From NCBI GenBank assembly GCA_964481325.1, contig CAYZUW010000002.1, forward strand, positions 1 through 34,529: a stretch of DNA of 34,529 nucleotides, written 5' to 3'. The position numbers were made by a program, and so were the translations under genes. This DNA is from an uncultured Saprospiraceae bacterium. Its GTDB lineage: Bacteria; Bacteroidota; Bacteroidia; Chitinophagales; Saprospiraceae. Below are positions 1 through 8,455 of this stretch, one piece after another. Below the pieces are notes generated by a model. It saw only the letters and a program-made list of their open reading frames with translations, was not told the origin of the DNA and did no database searches. Within the stretch, counting starts at the first letter, position 1, and every line of letters starts with the position of its first letter.

Positions 1-1
1 T

Positions 2-3000
2 ATTTCTCAATCTGATATCCCTATCAAAATGATGTACTACCAAACAGAGGCAAATGAACTTCGCTTGTGCTACGATCTAAATATAGATGAAACGGATTTT
101 TCAGATTGGTGGAGTTTAAAAGTAGACGCCAATTCGGGAGAAATAGTGGATCAGGTAAACTGGACATTGGAATGTAATTTTGAGCATGACGCTGAAGGTC
201 ATCACATTTGTGCTGATGATCATACTTGTTCAAAATATGAAGATCTTGACAAATCGAACCGTTCTTCCATATCTGCTACTACCAATATGTACAATGTGTT
301 TGCTGAACCAGTGGAAAGCCCAAACCATGGTAATAGAAATATTATCTCGGATCCTGCAGATCCAGTTGCGTCCCCCTATGGATGGCACGATACTAATGGG
401 GCTGCTGGGGCTGAATCTACCTTGACAGTCGGCAATAATGTAACCGCTCAAGAAGATCAAAATGGCAACAACGGAAGTGGGTTTCGCCCAGATGGCGGAA
501 CGGACTTAGTATTTGATTTTCCTATTGACTTTACACTTCCTCCGGCTGATAATAGAGAGGCTTCTCTTAGCAATTTGTTTTATTGGAATAACCTTATACA
601 TGATGTATGGTATCAATATGGTTTTGATGAGGGAGCTGGAAATTTTCAAGAAAACAATTATGGTAATGGGGGCGCTGGATCAGATAGTGTAAACGCAGAT
701 GGTCTTGATGGCAGCGGCTCTAATAACGCCAATTTTAGTACTCCCACTGATGGAGGGAATCCTAGAATGCAGATGTTTTTATGGAGTCCGGCAGGTGCAT
801 CTTCATCCACTACTATCAATAGTCCGGCTTCCATAAGTGGCAATATTAATGGTGTAGTTGCTGGCTTTGGTCCTACAACTTTTAACGTCACTCAAGATAT
901 AGTTTTAGCAGATGACGGAACCGCAGAGCCCACGGAGGCATGTAACGCATTGATAAACGATACTGCTATTGACGGAAATATTGCTTTGATTGATAGAGGG
1001 ACTTGTCAGTTTGGCACGAAGGTATTAAATGCAGAAAACGCTGGCGCTATTGCTGCCATCGTATGTCAAAATACTTCTGACGCTCCATTTACAATGGGAG
1101 CTGGGACTATGGGCAATCAAGTTACTATACCGAGTATAATGATTAGTATGGCTGATTGTGATTCAATCAGGTCAAACTTACCAGGTGTCAATATAAGTAT
1201 CGAATCTACCAACAGTAATGTAGAAATCGATGGGAGTTTTGATAATTTGGTTATTGGGCATGAATATGGGCATGGAATTTCGATCAGATTGACAGGTGGG
1301 TCAAATAATTCAAACTGTCTCAATAATTCTGAACAAATGGGTGAAGGATGGAGTGACTGGATTGGCTTGATGATGACAATGGGGCCAAATGATGTAGGTG
1401 AAACTGGTAGAGGAATTGGTACTTATGCTGTAGGACAAAATACGTTTGGTGGTGGAATTCGAGCTTATCCTTATTCTACCGATATGACAGTTGACCCTAG
1501 AACTTATCTAGAAGTAAACTCTTCTGCTATTCCACATGGTGTAGGTTCTGTATGGTGTGCCATGTTGTGGGAGTTGACATGGGCCTTGATCGATGAGTAC
1601 GGATTTGACCCTGACCTCCATAATGGTACTGGAGGTAATAATATAGCCATGGAATTGGTTACTGAAGGTTTTAAGCTTCAACCATGCAGTCCTGGATTTG
1701 TCGACGGTAGAGATGCTATTATAGATGCGGATCTTGCATTAAATGGAGGACAAAACGAGTGTCTTATTTGGTCAGCTTTTGCTAAGAGAGGTCTTGGGCT
1801 CAATGCCAGTCAAGGAAGTAGTGCCTCTATAAATGATGGTACGGAGTCCTTCGATGTACCAGCTTCTTGCGAGGTGTTTGATATCACAAAAACTGTTGAT
1901 AAACCTAGCGTAATTGCTGGTGATATTTTGACATATACGTTGACCTTTGATAACCAAACATCAACTACTTATACAAATCTAGAAATTTCTGATACATTGG
2001 TATCAGGTCTTAGTTATGTTTCTGGAAGTGCTACAAATAATGCTAGTTTTACTAATGGCGTTGTTAGTTTGTCGGCTGCAAATGTAGCTCCATTTTCAAC
2101 TGTATCTTTTAATTTTCAAGCAAAAGTCGACTCGAGTCTAACAAGTATTGCTGAGGACTTTTTGGATGATGCTGAAAGCGGTACCGGTAATTGGGTATTT
2201 GAAAATGATAATATAAATGAAAATGGCTGGGTCATTGATCCTGTCAATCCTTTTCAAGGTACCAATAGTTGGTTTGCTGAAAATGGAAATACAGGTATTC
2301 AAAACAATAAATTTATGACCTTACAAATTTCTGAGAAGCTTACTGCGAGTAGTGAGCTTAGATTTTGGCATACATACAATACTTTATCCAATTTTGACGG
2401 GGGAATTGTAGAAATTAGTATCGACAATCAAGTTACTTGGGTTGACCTAAATGCTAATTTTACCCAGAATGGATATGACAACTTTGTATTCGGTGACCCT
2501 TCAGCTGAGGCTTTTGGAGGCACTAATAATACAGCATATATTGAGTCAATCGTGGACCTAAGCTCATTTGCTGGTGAAAACGTATTTATCAGATTTTCCA
2601 GTATTCATTTAGGTAATATGCAAGGAACTGGTTGGAATATAGATGATATCGAAATTACAAATACTGAAAAAACAGCCAGCAATATTGGATACTTTACAGC
2701 TAGTCCAAGTATTGATACCACTTTAAATATTTTCCCTCCAACTGATGTTATTGCAGCCACATGCAATGATGGTATTCAGAATGGTACTGAAACAGGCATA
2801 GATACAGGTGGAAACTGCTCCACTGCAGGACCATGTGATTTTGACACTGTACTTTCTGGCAATCCAGCATCTGGTGGAACGTTTCAAGCTCAAAATCAAA
2901 TTACTTCTACTGCAACAGTTAGTGCTAATACGGATTATTTTGCTTCTTGTATTTTATTGGATAACGATTTTGAAGTAATAATTGGTACCGAATTCTTAGT

Positions 3001-3262
3001 GGAGATTAATCCTTGTACCCCATTCAATGATGATGGCGAGTTAGAATTGAAAGTTGTATCTACTGGAACAAAAGATGATCAACTACAAACTGTAATAGAT
3101 GTAAATATTCCAGAGGCTGGAAAATATTCTTTACAACTGGTACAAGAGGATGGGACTATACGAGTACTTCCAGCTCAAAATTTTGCTAAGGGTGTTCATC
3201 GGATTACTATAGAAACAGAAACCACCTTTACGCCTAACAAAATAGAAGTGGTGAAAGAATAA
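2..3262 (+). CDS. Secreted M36 (fungalysin-family) zinc metallopeptidase, 5'-partial (frame open to the window edge)
   Basis: The frame stays open upstream of the ATG at 29. The first residues have no signal peptide and look like the end of an FTP-type propeptide. HEYGHG zinc motif plus downstream EGWSDW (M36 signature). PA-domain-like insert (ALIDRGTCQFGTKVLNAENAGAIAAIV). About 450 aa of beta-rich C-terminal modules and a possible T9SS type-A tail. Confidence 0.85.
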   Translation: MSQSDIPIKMMYYQTEANELRLCYDLNIDETDFSDWWSLKVDANSGEIVDQVNWTLECNFEHDAEGHHICADDHTCSKYEDLDKSNRSSISATTNMYNVFAEPVESPNHGNRNIISDPADPVASPYGWHDTNGAAGAESTLTVGNNVTAQEDQNGNNGSGFRPDGGTDLVFDFPIDFTLPPADNREASLSNLFYWNNLIHDVWYQYGFDEGAGNFQENNYGNGGAGSDSVNADGLDGSGSNNANFSTPTDGGNPRMQMFLWSPAGASSSTTINSPASISGNINGVVAGFGPTTFNVTQDIVLADDGTAEPTEACNALINDTAIDGNIALIDRGTCQFGTKVLNAENAGAIAAIVCQNTSDAPFTMGAGTMGNQVTIPSIMISMADCDSIRSNLPGVNISIESTNSNVEIDGSFDNLVIGHEYGHGISIRLTGGSNNSNCLNNSEQMGEGWSDWIGLMMTMGPNDVGETGRGIGTYAVGQNTFGGGIRAYPYSTDMTVDPRTYLEVNSSAIPHGVGSVWCAMLWELTWALIDEYGFDPDLHNGTGGNNIAMELVTEGFKLQPCSPGFVDGRDAIIDADLALNGGQNECLIWSAFAKRGLGLNASQGSSASINDGTESFDVPASCEVFDITKTVDKPSVIAGDILTYTLTFDNQTSTTYTNLEISDTLVSGLSYVSGSATNNASFTNGVVSLSAANVAPFSTVSFNFQAKVDSSLTSIAEDFLDDAESGTGNWVFENDNINENGWVIDPVNPFQGTNSWFAENGNTGIQNNKFMTLQISEKLTASSELRFWHTYNTLSNFDGGIVEISIDNQVTWVDLNANFTQNGYDNFVFGDPSAEAFGGTNNTAYIESIVDLSSFAGENVFIRFSSIHLGNMQGTGWNIDDIEITNTEKTASNIGYFTASPSIDTTLNIFPPTDVIAATCNDGIQNGTETGIDTGGNCSTAGPCDFDTVLSGNPASGGTFQAQNQITSTATVSANTDYFASCILLDNDFEVIIGTEFLVEINPCTPFNDDGELELKVVSTGTKDDQLQTVIDVNIPEAGKYSLQLVQEDGTIRVLPAQNFAKGVHRITIETETTFTPNKIEVVKE

Positions 3263-3287
3263 ATATTACCAAAACGTCTATCTAAAA

Positions 3288-3320
3288 TGGGTCAGCAATT
3301 TTCATTGCTGACCCATTTTT
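3288..3320. terminator. Bidirectional rho-independent terminator between convergent protease and CBS-like genes
   Basis: Perfect 12-bp stem tgggtcagcaat (3288-3299) / attgctgaccca (3304-3315) with a tttc loop. An A-run precedes it and a T-run follows it. Confidence 0.7.
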
Positions 3321-3353
3321 AGATATAGTTAGTGCCCTATTGTTTATTAGATT

Positions 3354-4712
3354 TTAAACAGACTGAATCACGTCATATTTGGTAATTATATACAACTCCC
3401 CTGCTTTATCTTCAGCGATAACAGCAGGATTTTGGCGAGTAAAATAATTTCCTAGCTGGCTGCAAGGTAAGTCTTCCTTTACTGTAGGAAAAGGGTCATT
3501 CATAATATCTTTAATAGTACTTTTATCTACTAAGTTCGGATTCTCGAACACGAAATTTAGTACGTTTCCTTCGGTAATAGACCCTACTATTTTTTCACCT
3601 CTTTTCACAGGAAGTTGCGAGAGGTCTTTCTCCTTCATTATCTCGATTACCTTGCTTATTGTATCTGTTTCTTCCACAGCTACGAAACCTTTATTTGCTT
3701 TTAAAGCAATCAAATCTTTTACATGCATTTCGGCGTCTAAAAATCCACGCTCTCTCATCCATTGATCGTTAAATATTTTTCCTACATAACGACTACCATG
3801 ATCATGAATGATAACAACGACAACATCATCTTTGGTTAATTTATCTTTCATTTGGAGTAATCCCGCGAAAGCTGAACCTGCAGAATAGCCTAATAGGATT
3901 CCTTCCTCTTTAGCTAATCTTCTGGCCATAACGGCTCCATCTTTATCGGTTACTTTTTCAAAATGATCAATCAAGGAAAAGTCAACATTTTTTGGTAGAA
4001 TATCTTCTCCAATCCCTTCCGTAATGTAAGAGTAGATTTCTTTTTCATCAAACTCTCCCGTTTCGTGGTATTTCTTAAAGACAGAACCATAGGTGTCGAT
4101 ACCCCACATTTTGATATTGGGGTTTTGTTCTTTCAGGTACTTGCCAGTTCCAGAAATAGTTCCGCCTGTTCCTACTCCCGCAATAACGTGCGTTACTTTC
4201 CCCTCCGTTTGTTCCCATATTTCGGGTCCAGTAGATTGGTAGTGCGCTAATCTGTTACTTAGATTATCGTATTGATTAGCCCAAAATGAATTAGGAATTT
4301 CATTACTTAATTTCTCTGCTATAGAATAATAAGATCTTGGATCTTCTGGAGTCACATTCGTCGGACAGACAATAACTTCTGAGCCCATAGCTCTAAGCAA
4401 ATCAATTTTTTCTTTGGATTGCTTGTCAGAGGTAGTAAAAATACTTTTATACCCTTTCACGCAAGCAGCGATTGCCAAGCCCATACCCGTATTTCCTGAA
4501 GTACATTCTATAATAGTCCCACCAGGTTTGATACGACCATCTTTCTCTGCATCCTCAAGCATTTTTAAAGCCATCCTATCCTTAATAGAATGTCCAGGGT
4601 TAACTGTTTCTAGCTTTACGAGCACCAGTGCTGGAATATCTTCGATAACTTTATTAATCTTGACAAGAGGCGTATTACCTATTACTTCAAGAATATTACT
4701 TTTATAGTTCAT
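3354..4712 (-). CDS. PLP-dependent cysteine synthase / cystathionine beta-synthase-like enzyme with C-terminal CBS-domain pair
   Basis: 452 aa. PLP-lysine motif HSIKDRMA, glycine loop GVGTGGTISG, CysK/CBS-type fold throughout, and about 130 aa of C-terminal tandem CBS-like modules. Confidence 0.85.
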   Translation of the reverse strand: MNYKSNILEVIGNTPLVKINKVIEDIPALVLVKLETVNPGHSIKDRMALKMLEDAEKDGRIKPGGTIIECTSGNTGMGLAIAACVKGYKSIFTTSDKQSKEKIDLLRAMGSEVIVCPTNVTPEDPRSYYSIAEKLSNEIPNSFWANQYDNLSNRLAHYQSTGPEIWEQTEGKVTHVIAGVGTGGTISGTGKYLKEQNPNIKMWGIDTYGSVFKKYHETGEFDEKEIYSYITEGIGEDILPKNVDFSLIDHFEKVTDKDGAVMARRLAKEEGILLGYSAGSAFAGLLQMKDKLTKDDVVVVIIHDHGSRYVGKIFNDQWMRERGFLDAEMHVKDLIALKANKGFVAVEETDTISKVIEIMKEKDLSQLPVKRGEKIVGSITEGNVLNFVFENPNLVDKSTIKDIMNDPFPTVKEDLPCSQLGNYFTRQNPAVIAEDKAGELYIITKYDVIQSV

Positions 4713-4718
4713 TTACTT

Positions 4719-5585
4719 TTATTTATAATAGCCCAAACTAACAAAAAAGTTAGCATTAACTGCCCCTAATTGTTTAGCAACTTTGGGAGAAACTACAATA
4801 ATAACTTTATTAGGGTATTTTGGTGGAATTTTCCCAAGTACTTTAGTGTAAATCTTACGTCCTGTATCTGGATTCGTAATTTCTACTATAGTGTTTTTGG
4901 GAGCACTTCTATGCATAACATAAAAATTTGAATCTTCCGTAGCACTTTTGTCCCAGTATGCTGCCCCTTTCTGTTGCTTATACTTTTTAGGGTTCCCTCC
5001 CTTTTCAACAAATTCAGACCTAAGCATTTCATTTTCAACACTATAATATACTTTTTTCGCTTTCACTGGCTTAGCAAAATGATTTAAACCGACACTAGGT
5101 ATCCATCCTACATGCAAATATTGACCTTTTTTAACTTGATCTGCAGTCATTGCATTTCTATTTAAAAGACTATTAAGATCTGTTTTAATTTTACGCGTGG
5201 CTATTCCATACGGCGTATCTTTGTGTTTTACTTTATAATACACTTGCTCTAGCACTTGATAGGGTCCTACTTGATTAATATCCTTGATGAGATGTTTATC
5301 ATCTATCGGAACCTTGACTTCTTGCCCTATATATTCTTCTCCGACAATTAAGTCAGCATTTAATCGCTTGATGTCATACAGAGTAGCATCATAAAACTGG
5401 CTAATACTATAGAGACTTTGTCCTTCTCCAAGAATATGCTTGATTATCATTGTGCCAGCAGATGTTCTATCCACTTCAACCATTGTTTGCAGAAAACCAG
5501 GAGGGGAATAATCCTGACAAAAAAGTAAACTTGTTGAGAAAAACAACATTATAACACCACTTAGCATTACCTTTAAGCTGTCCAT
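4719..5585 (-). CDS. Exported LysM-domain protein with possible RlpA-like (DPBB) C-terminal region
   Basis: N-terminal hydrophobic signal sequence. LysM-like segment GQSLYSISQFYDATLYDIKRLNADL...GQEVKVP. The C-terminus (MHRSAPKNTIVEITNPDTGRKIYTKVLGK) resembles RlpA double-psi barrel motifs. Lies 6 bp upstream of the CBS-like gene, so probably the same operon. Confidence 0.6.
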   Translation of the reverse strand: MDSLKVMLSGVIMLFFSTSLLFCQDYSPPGFLQTMVEVDRTSAGTMIIKHILGEGQSLYSISQFYDATLYDIKRLNADLIVGEEYIGQEVKVPIDDKHLIKDINQVGPYQVLEQVYYKVKHKDTPYGIATRKIKTDLNSLLNRNAMTADQVKKGQYLHVGWIPSVGLNHFAKPVKAKKVYYSVENEMLRSEFVEKGGNPKKYKQQKGAAYWDKSATEDSNFYVMHRSAPKNTIVEITNPDTGRKIYTKVLGKIPPKYPNKVIIVVSPKVAKQLGAVNANFFVSLGYYK

Positions 5586-5619
5586 AAGAAATATTTTTAT
5601 AACTCGATATAAACTTATA

Positions 5620-5627
5620 CAAAAATA
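5620..5627 (-). promoter_or_regulatory. Candidate Bacteroidota -7 box (TATTTTTG on minus strand) for the LysM/CBS-like operon
   Basis: Plus-strand caaaaata is the reverse complement of TAnnTTTG. It lies about 34 nt upstream of the ATG at 5585. Confidence 0.3.
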
Positions 5628-5656
5628 ATAATTTATATATTATTATTTCTACTTAT

Positions 5657-6397
5657 ATGAAAAGTATTGGTATAATACCTGCAAGGTACGCTTCAACCCG
5701 ATTTCCGGGTAAACCTCTAATAGATCTCTTAGGGAAGAGCATGATTCGTAGAGTTTACGAGCAGTGCAAAAAAAGTAAACTTCTTGACAGCGTGATCGTG
5801 GCTACAGATGACCAGCGCATTTTTGATCATGTTATTGCCTTTGGAGGTGAAGTACGCATGACAAGTACTCAACATAATACCGGTACTAGTCGGTGCGCAG
5901 AAATAGCAAGTCAGTTTGTAGATGCGCAAATCATAGTTAATATTCAGGGAGACGAACCCACAATACATCCAGAACAAATAGACGAACTCCTTGAGATTAG
6001 TGGTAATGGGATTGCGACTCAGGCGAAAAAAATAGAGCGGAGTGAAAATCTATTTGACCCCAATGTAGCCAAAGTTGTTTTTGACAAAAATCAAAATGCC
6101 CTTTATTTTTCTAGACAAGCGATTCCTCATATTAGGTCAGTAGACCCAAAAGATTGGTTCAATAGCCACACGTACTATAAACATATTGGTATGTATAGTT
6201 ATGATCGTACTACCCTACTCAAGCTTAATGATTTACCGTCTAGCAATTTGGAAAATATGGAATCGCTAGAGCAATTAAGATGGCTAGACCATGGTATCAA
6301 GATAAAGGTTGGAATAACCAACTATGAATCTTTAAGTATCGACGTTCTAGAAGATGTAGAAAAAGTAATCCAAAAGATATCATCTCAAAGCCAGTGA
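5657..6397 (+). CDS. kdsB: 3-deoxy-manno-octulosonate cytidylyltransferase (CMP-Kdo synthetase)
   Basis: 246 aa. Classic N-terminus IIPARYASTRFPGKPL, and KdsB-like sequence and length throughout. Confidence 0.92.
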   Translation: MKSIGIIPARYASTRFPGKPLIDLLGKSMIRRVYEQCKKSKLLDSVIVATDDQRIFDHVIAFGGEVRMTSTQHNTGTSRCAEIASQFVDAQIIVNIQGDEPTIHPEQIDELLEISGNGIATQAKKIERSENLFDPNVAKVVFDKNQNALYFSRQAIPHIRSVDPKDWFNSHTYYKHIGMYSYDRTTLLKLNDLPSSNLENMESLEQLRWLDHGIKIKVGITNYESLSIDVLEDVEKVIQKISSQSQ

Positions 6398-6948
6398 CAG
6401 ATTTATTCAAATATTGTCCACACTGTGCTGGCACCATCGAATACAAACCAGTGCCCGACGATACACATCCTCGTCATATATGCAACGAATGCAATACTAT
6501 TCATTATCTAAATCCAAAAATCGTTACGGGTGTATTACCAATTCTAAATGACAAAGTACTTTTAGCTAGACGTGCTATTGAGCCTAGGAAAGGATTATGG
6601 AATGTTCCTGCGGGTTATATGGAGAATGGAGAAAAAATAGAAGAAGGTGCAGAGAGAGAACTTTGGGAAGAAGCCAACGCAAAAGTGAAAAACATTCGCC
6701 CTCATCTTATTTATTCCATAGCGGCAATCCATCAAGTCTACATGCTTTTTATAGGAGACTTAGTTGATGATTCATTCTCTCCTGGTATCGAAAGCCTGGA
6801 AGTTGCGTTGTTTTCGGAGGCTGAAATACCTTGGGATGAACTTGCATTCACTAGTTCTATTGTATGTATAAAGCGGTATTTTGAAAATCAAAAAAACAAG
6901 ACGGACAAGGTTCACTTAGAACATTATGTTCACACCAGAAATTTGTGA
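6394..6948 (+). CDS. NUDIX hydrolase with N-terminal Cys4 zinc-ribbon
   Basis: Nudix box GYMENGEKIEEGAERELWEEANA. CPHC...CNEC zinc-ribbon at the N-terminus. GTG start overlaps the kdsB stop (GTGA). Confidence 0.8.
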   Translation: MTDLFKYCPHCAGTIEYKPVPDDTHPRHICNECNTIHYLNPKIVTGVLPILNDKVLLARRAIEPRKGLWNVPAGYMENGEKIEEGAERELWEEANAKVKNIRPHLIYSIAAIHQVYMLFIGDLVDDSFSPGIESLEVALFSEAEIPWDELAFTSSIVCIKRYFENQKNKTDKVHLEHYVHTRNL

Positions 6949-7400
6949 CCAAATGCCATAGGCAACAATTGCTTTGAAGCCTCACAAACGATCACCTTCC
7001 CAGATTCTCCAAACATAATTACTTGCAAAGGAGATCCTTGCTTTTGTTCATATTCTAATAAAACTTGGCGACACGCTCCACATGGAGCTACAGGTTCTGT
7101 TACAGGTTGTTTTGGATTCTTTGCAGTTACTGCAATGGCTTTTACAGTCGCACCTGGGTATTGACTGTGGACACTCCCCAAGGCAACTCGTTCGGCACAT
7201 AAACACAACGGATAGGAAGCATTTTCAAAATTTGACCCTTTTATTATTATACCATTGTCTAAAAGAACTGCTGCACCTACATAAAAATTTGAGTAAGGGG
7301 CATAGGCATCTTCTAAAGCTCTTTCCGCTGTTGTAACTAACTCTAAAATAGGTTGGCTTAATTCTTTTCTAGAATCAAATATCTTGGTATTCTTTTCCAT
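6930..7400 (-). CDS. cdd: Cytidine deaminase (homotetrameric type)
   Basis: 156 aa with zinc-ligand motifs CAERVAL and PCGACRQ. Its 3' end overlaps the NUDIX gene 3' end by 19 bp (convergent). Confidence 0.9.
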   Translation of the reverse strand: MEKNTKIFDSRKELSQPILELVTTAERALEDAYAPYSNFYVGAAVLLDNGIIIKGSNFENASYPLCLCAERVALGSVHSQYPGATVKAIAVTAKNPKQPVTEPVAPCGACRQVLLEYEQKQGSPLQVIMFGESGKVIVCEASKQLLPMAFGHKFLV

Positions 7401-7488
7401 TTATATACTTATACGTTTTTAAATGCAGCATGTTTTAAATTGCCCATTGCATTCATGCCGTATTAAGACTAGATTATAGCTCCTATAG

Positions 7489-8382
7489 TCACTTCATATT
7501 TTTCAAAACAACATCTAAAACCTTTTTCAATACTGGATTTCTATTCGATTTATTCCATACAACAGAAAGCACTGTTCTCTGTGTGATGTTTTTCAACTCG
7601 ATAAATTTCACCTTCATATTATACCCCAAAGACAATGAACTTGGGACGATAGAAATTCCAAATTTGTTCTCGACCAATCTGAAAATTGTATTGGCGTGCA
7701 CAGAAGTATGAGAAATAATCGGCTCGAAACCACCCGTCTCAAAAACGCTCATCACGTTTTCATAGTAAACAGGGCTGTAGTTCTTTTCAAAAAGAATAAA
7801 TGTTTCTTCCTTGACTTGGTCTAATGATTTAAATTTCCGCTTAGTCAAGCTATGGTCTTCTGGTAAAACTAATGAGAAAGTGTCCTCAAACACTGGTTTA
7901 ATAGAAAGATCCTTAGGCACAGTATCTAATCTAACAAAACCTAAGTCCAATTTTTGAGACATCAAATCTTGGATTTGTTTTGCATTGTCCAACTCTTTTA
8001 GTCCAAAATTTATTTGAGGAAATGATTTTCTAAAGTTTAATAATAAATCAGGAATCACATTTTGCATAGCGGAACCGACATACCCTATTGCGATCCTCCC
8101 CTCTTGCCCTTTGCTCAGTAGTTGAGTATGCGTAATAATTCGTTCAAAATCATTTAGTAGCAATTCAATCTCCTCCTTGAAATATACCCCTGCTCTAGAC
8201 AATTCTACATTTTTATTATCTCGCTCGAGCAAAGTGGTTTGTAATTCCTCTTCGAGTTTTTTAATCTGCCTACTAAGTCCAGGTTGAGATATAAACAGCT
8301 TTCTTGCAGCTTGCCCAAAATGTAGATCTTCCGCGACTTGCAAGAAATAACGCAAATGTCGCCATTCTATACGATTACTCAT
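7489..8382 (-). CDS. LysR-family transcriptional regulator (probable hut regulator)
   Basis: N-terminal HTH LRYFLQVAEDLHFGQAARKLFISQPGLSRQIKKLE plus a LysR substrate-binding fold. Divergent from hutH. The ATG at 8382 is preferred over the TTG at 8391 listed in the ORF track. Confidence 0.85.
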   Translation of the reverse strand: MSNRIEWRHLRYFLQVAEDLHFGQAARKLFISQPGLSRQIKKLEEELQTTLLERDNKNVELSRAGVYFKEEIELLLNDFERIITHTQLLSKGQEGRIAIGYVGSAMQNVIPDLLLNFRKSFPQINFGLKELDNAKQIQDLMSQKLDLGFVRLDTVPKDLSIKPVFEDTFSLVLPEDHSLTKRKFKSLDQVKEETFILFEKNYSPVYYENVMSVFETGGFEPIISHTSVHANTIFRLVENKFGISIVPSSLSLGYNMKVKFIELKNITQRTVLSVVWNKSNRNPVLKKVLDVVLKNMK

Positions 8383-8396
8383 AGTTATCAATTATT

Positions 8397-8409
8397 GACC
8401 AAAATGGTC
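8397..8409. promoter_or_regulatory. Perfect dyad GACCA-AAA-TGGTC in the LysR/hutH divergent region (candidate operator)
   Basis: 13-bp palindrome read directly from the sequence. It sits between the LysR start and the two -7 boxes. Confidence 0.35.
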
Positions 8410-8420
8410 TTTTTAATTAT

Positions 8421-8428
8421 CAAATATA
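8421..8428 (-). promoter_or_regulatory. Candidate -7 box (TATATTTG on minus strand) for the LysR gene
   Basis: Plus-strand caaatata is the reverse complement of TAnnTTTG. It lies about 39 nt upstream of the ATG at 8382. Confidence 0.3.
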
Positions 8429-8432
8429 AGCT

Positions 8433-8440
8433 TAGATTTG
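8433..8440 (+). promoter_or_regulatory. Candidate -7 box TAGATTTG for the hut operon
   Basis: Exact TAnnTTTG match 15 nt upstream of the hutH ATG (8456). This would give a very short leader, as is common in Bacteroidota. Confidence 0.35.
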
Positions 8441-8455
8441 GAAAAATAATAGAGT

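Noticed and set aside
5627-5642. 16-mer aataatttatatatta shared with 20237-20252. Also a 12-mer ttcattttattc repeated at 20349 and 20408.
   Set aside because: Low-complexity AT-rich intergenic sequence. By a rough estimate, matches of this length are expected by chance among AT-rich spacers.
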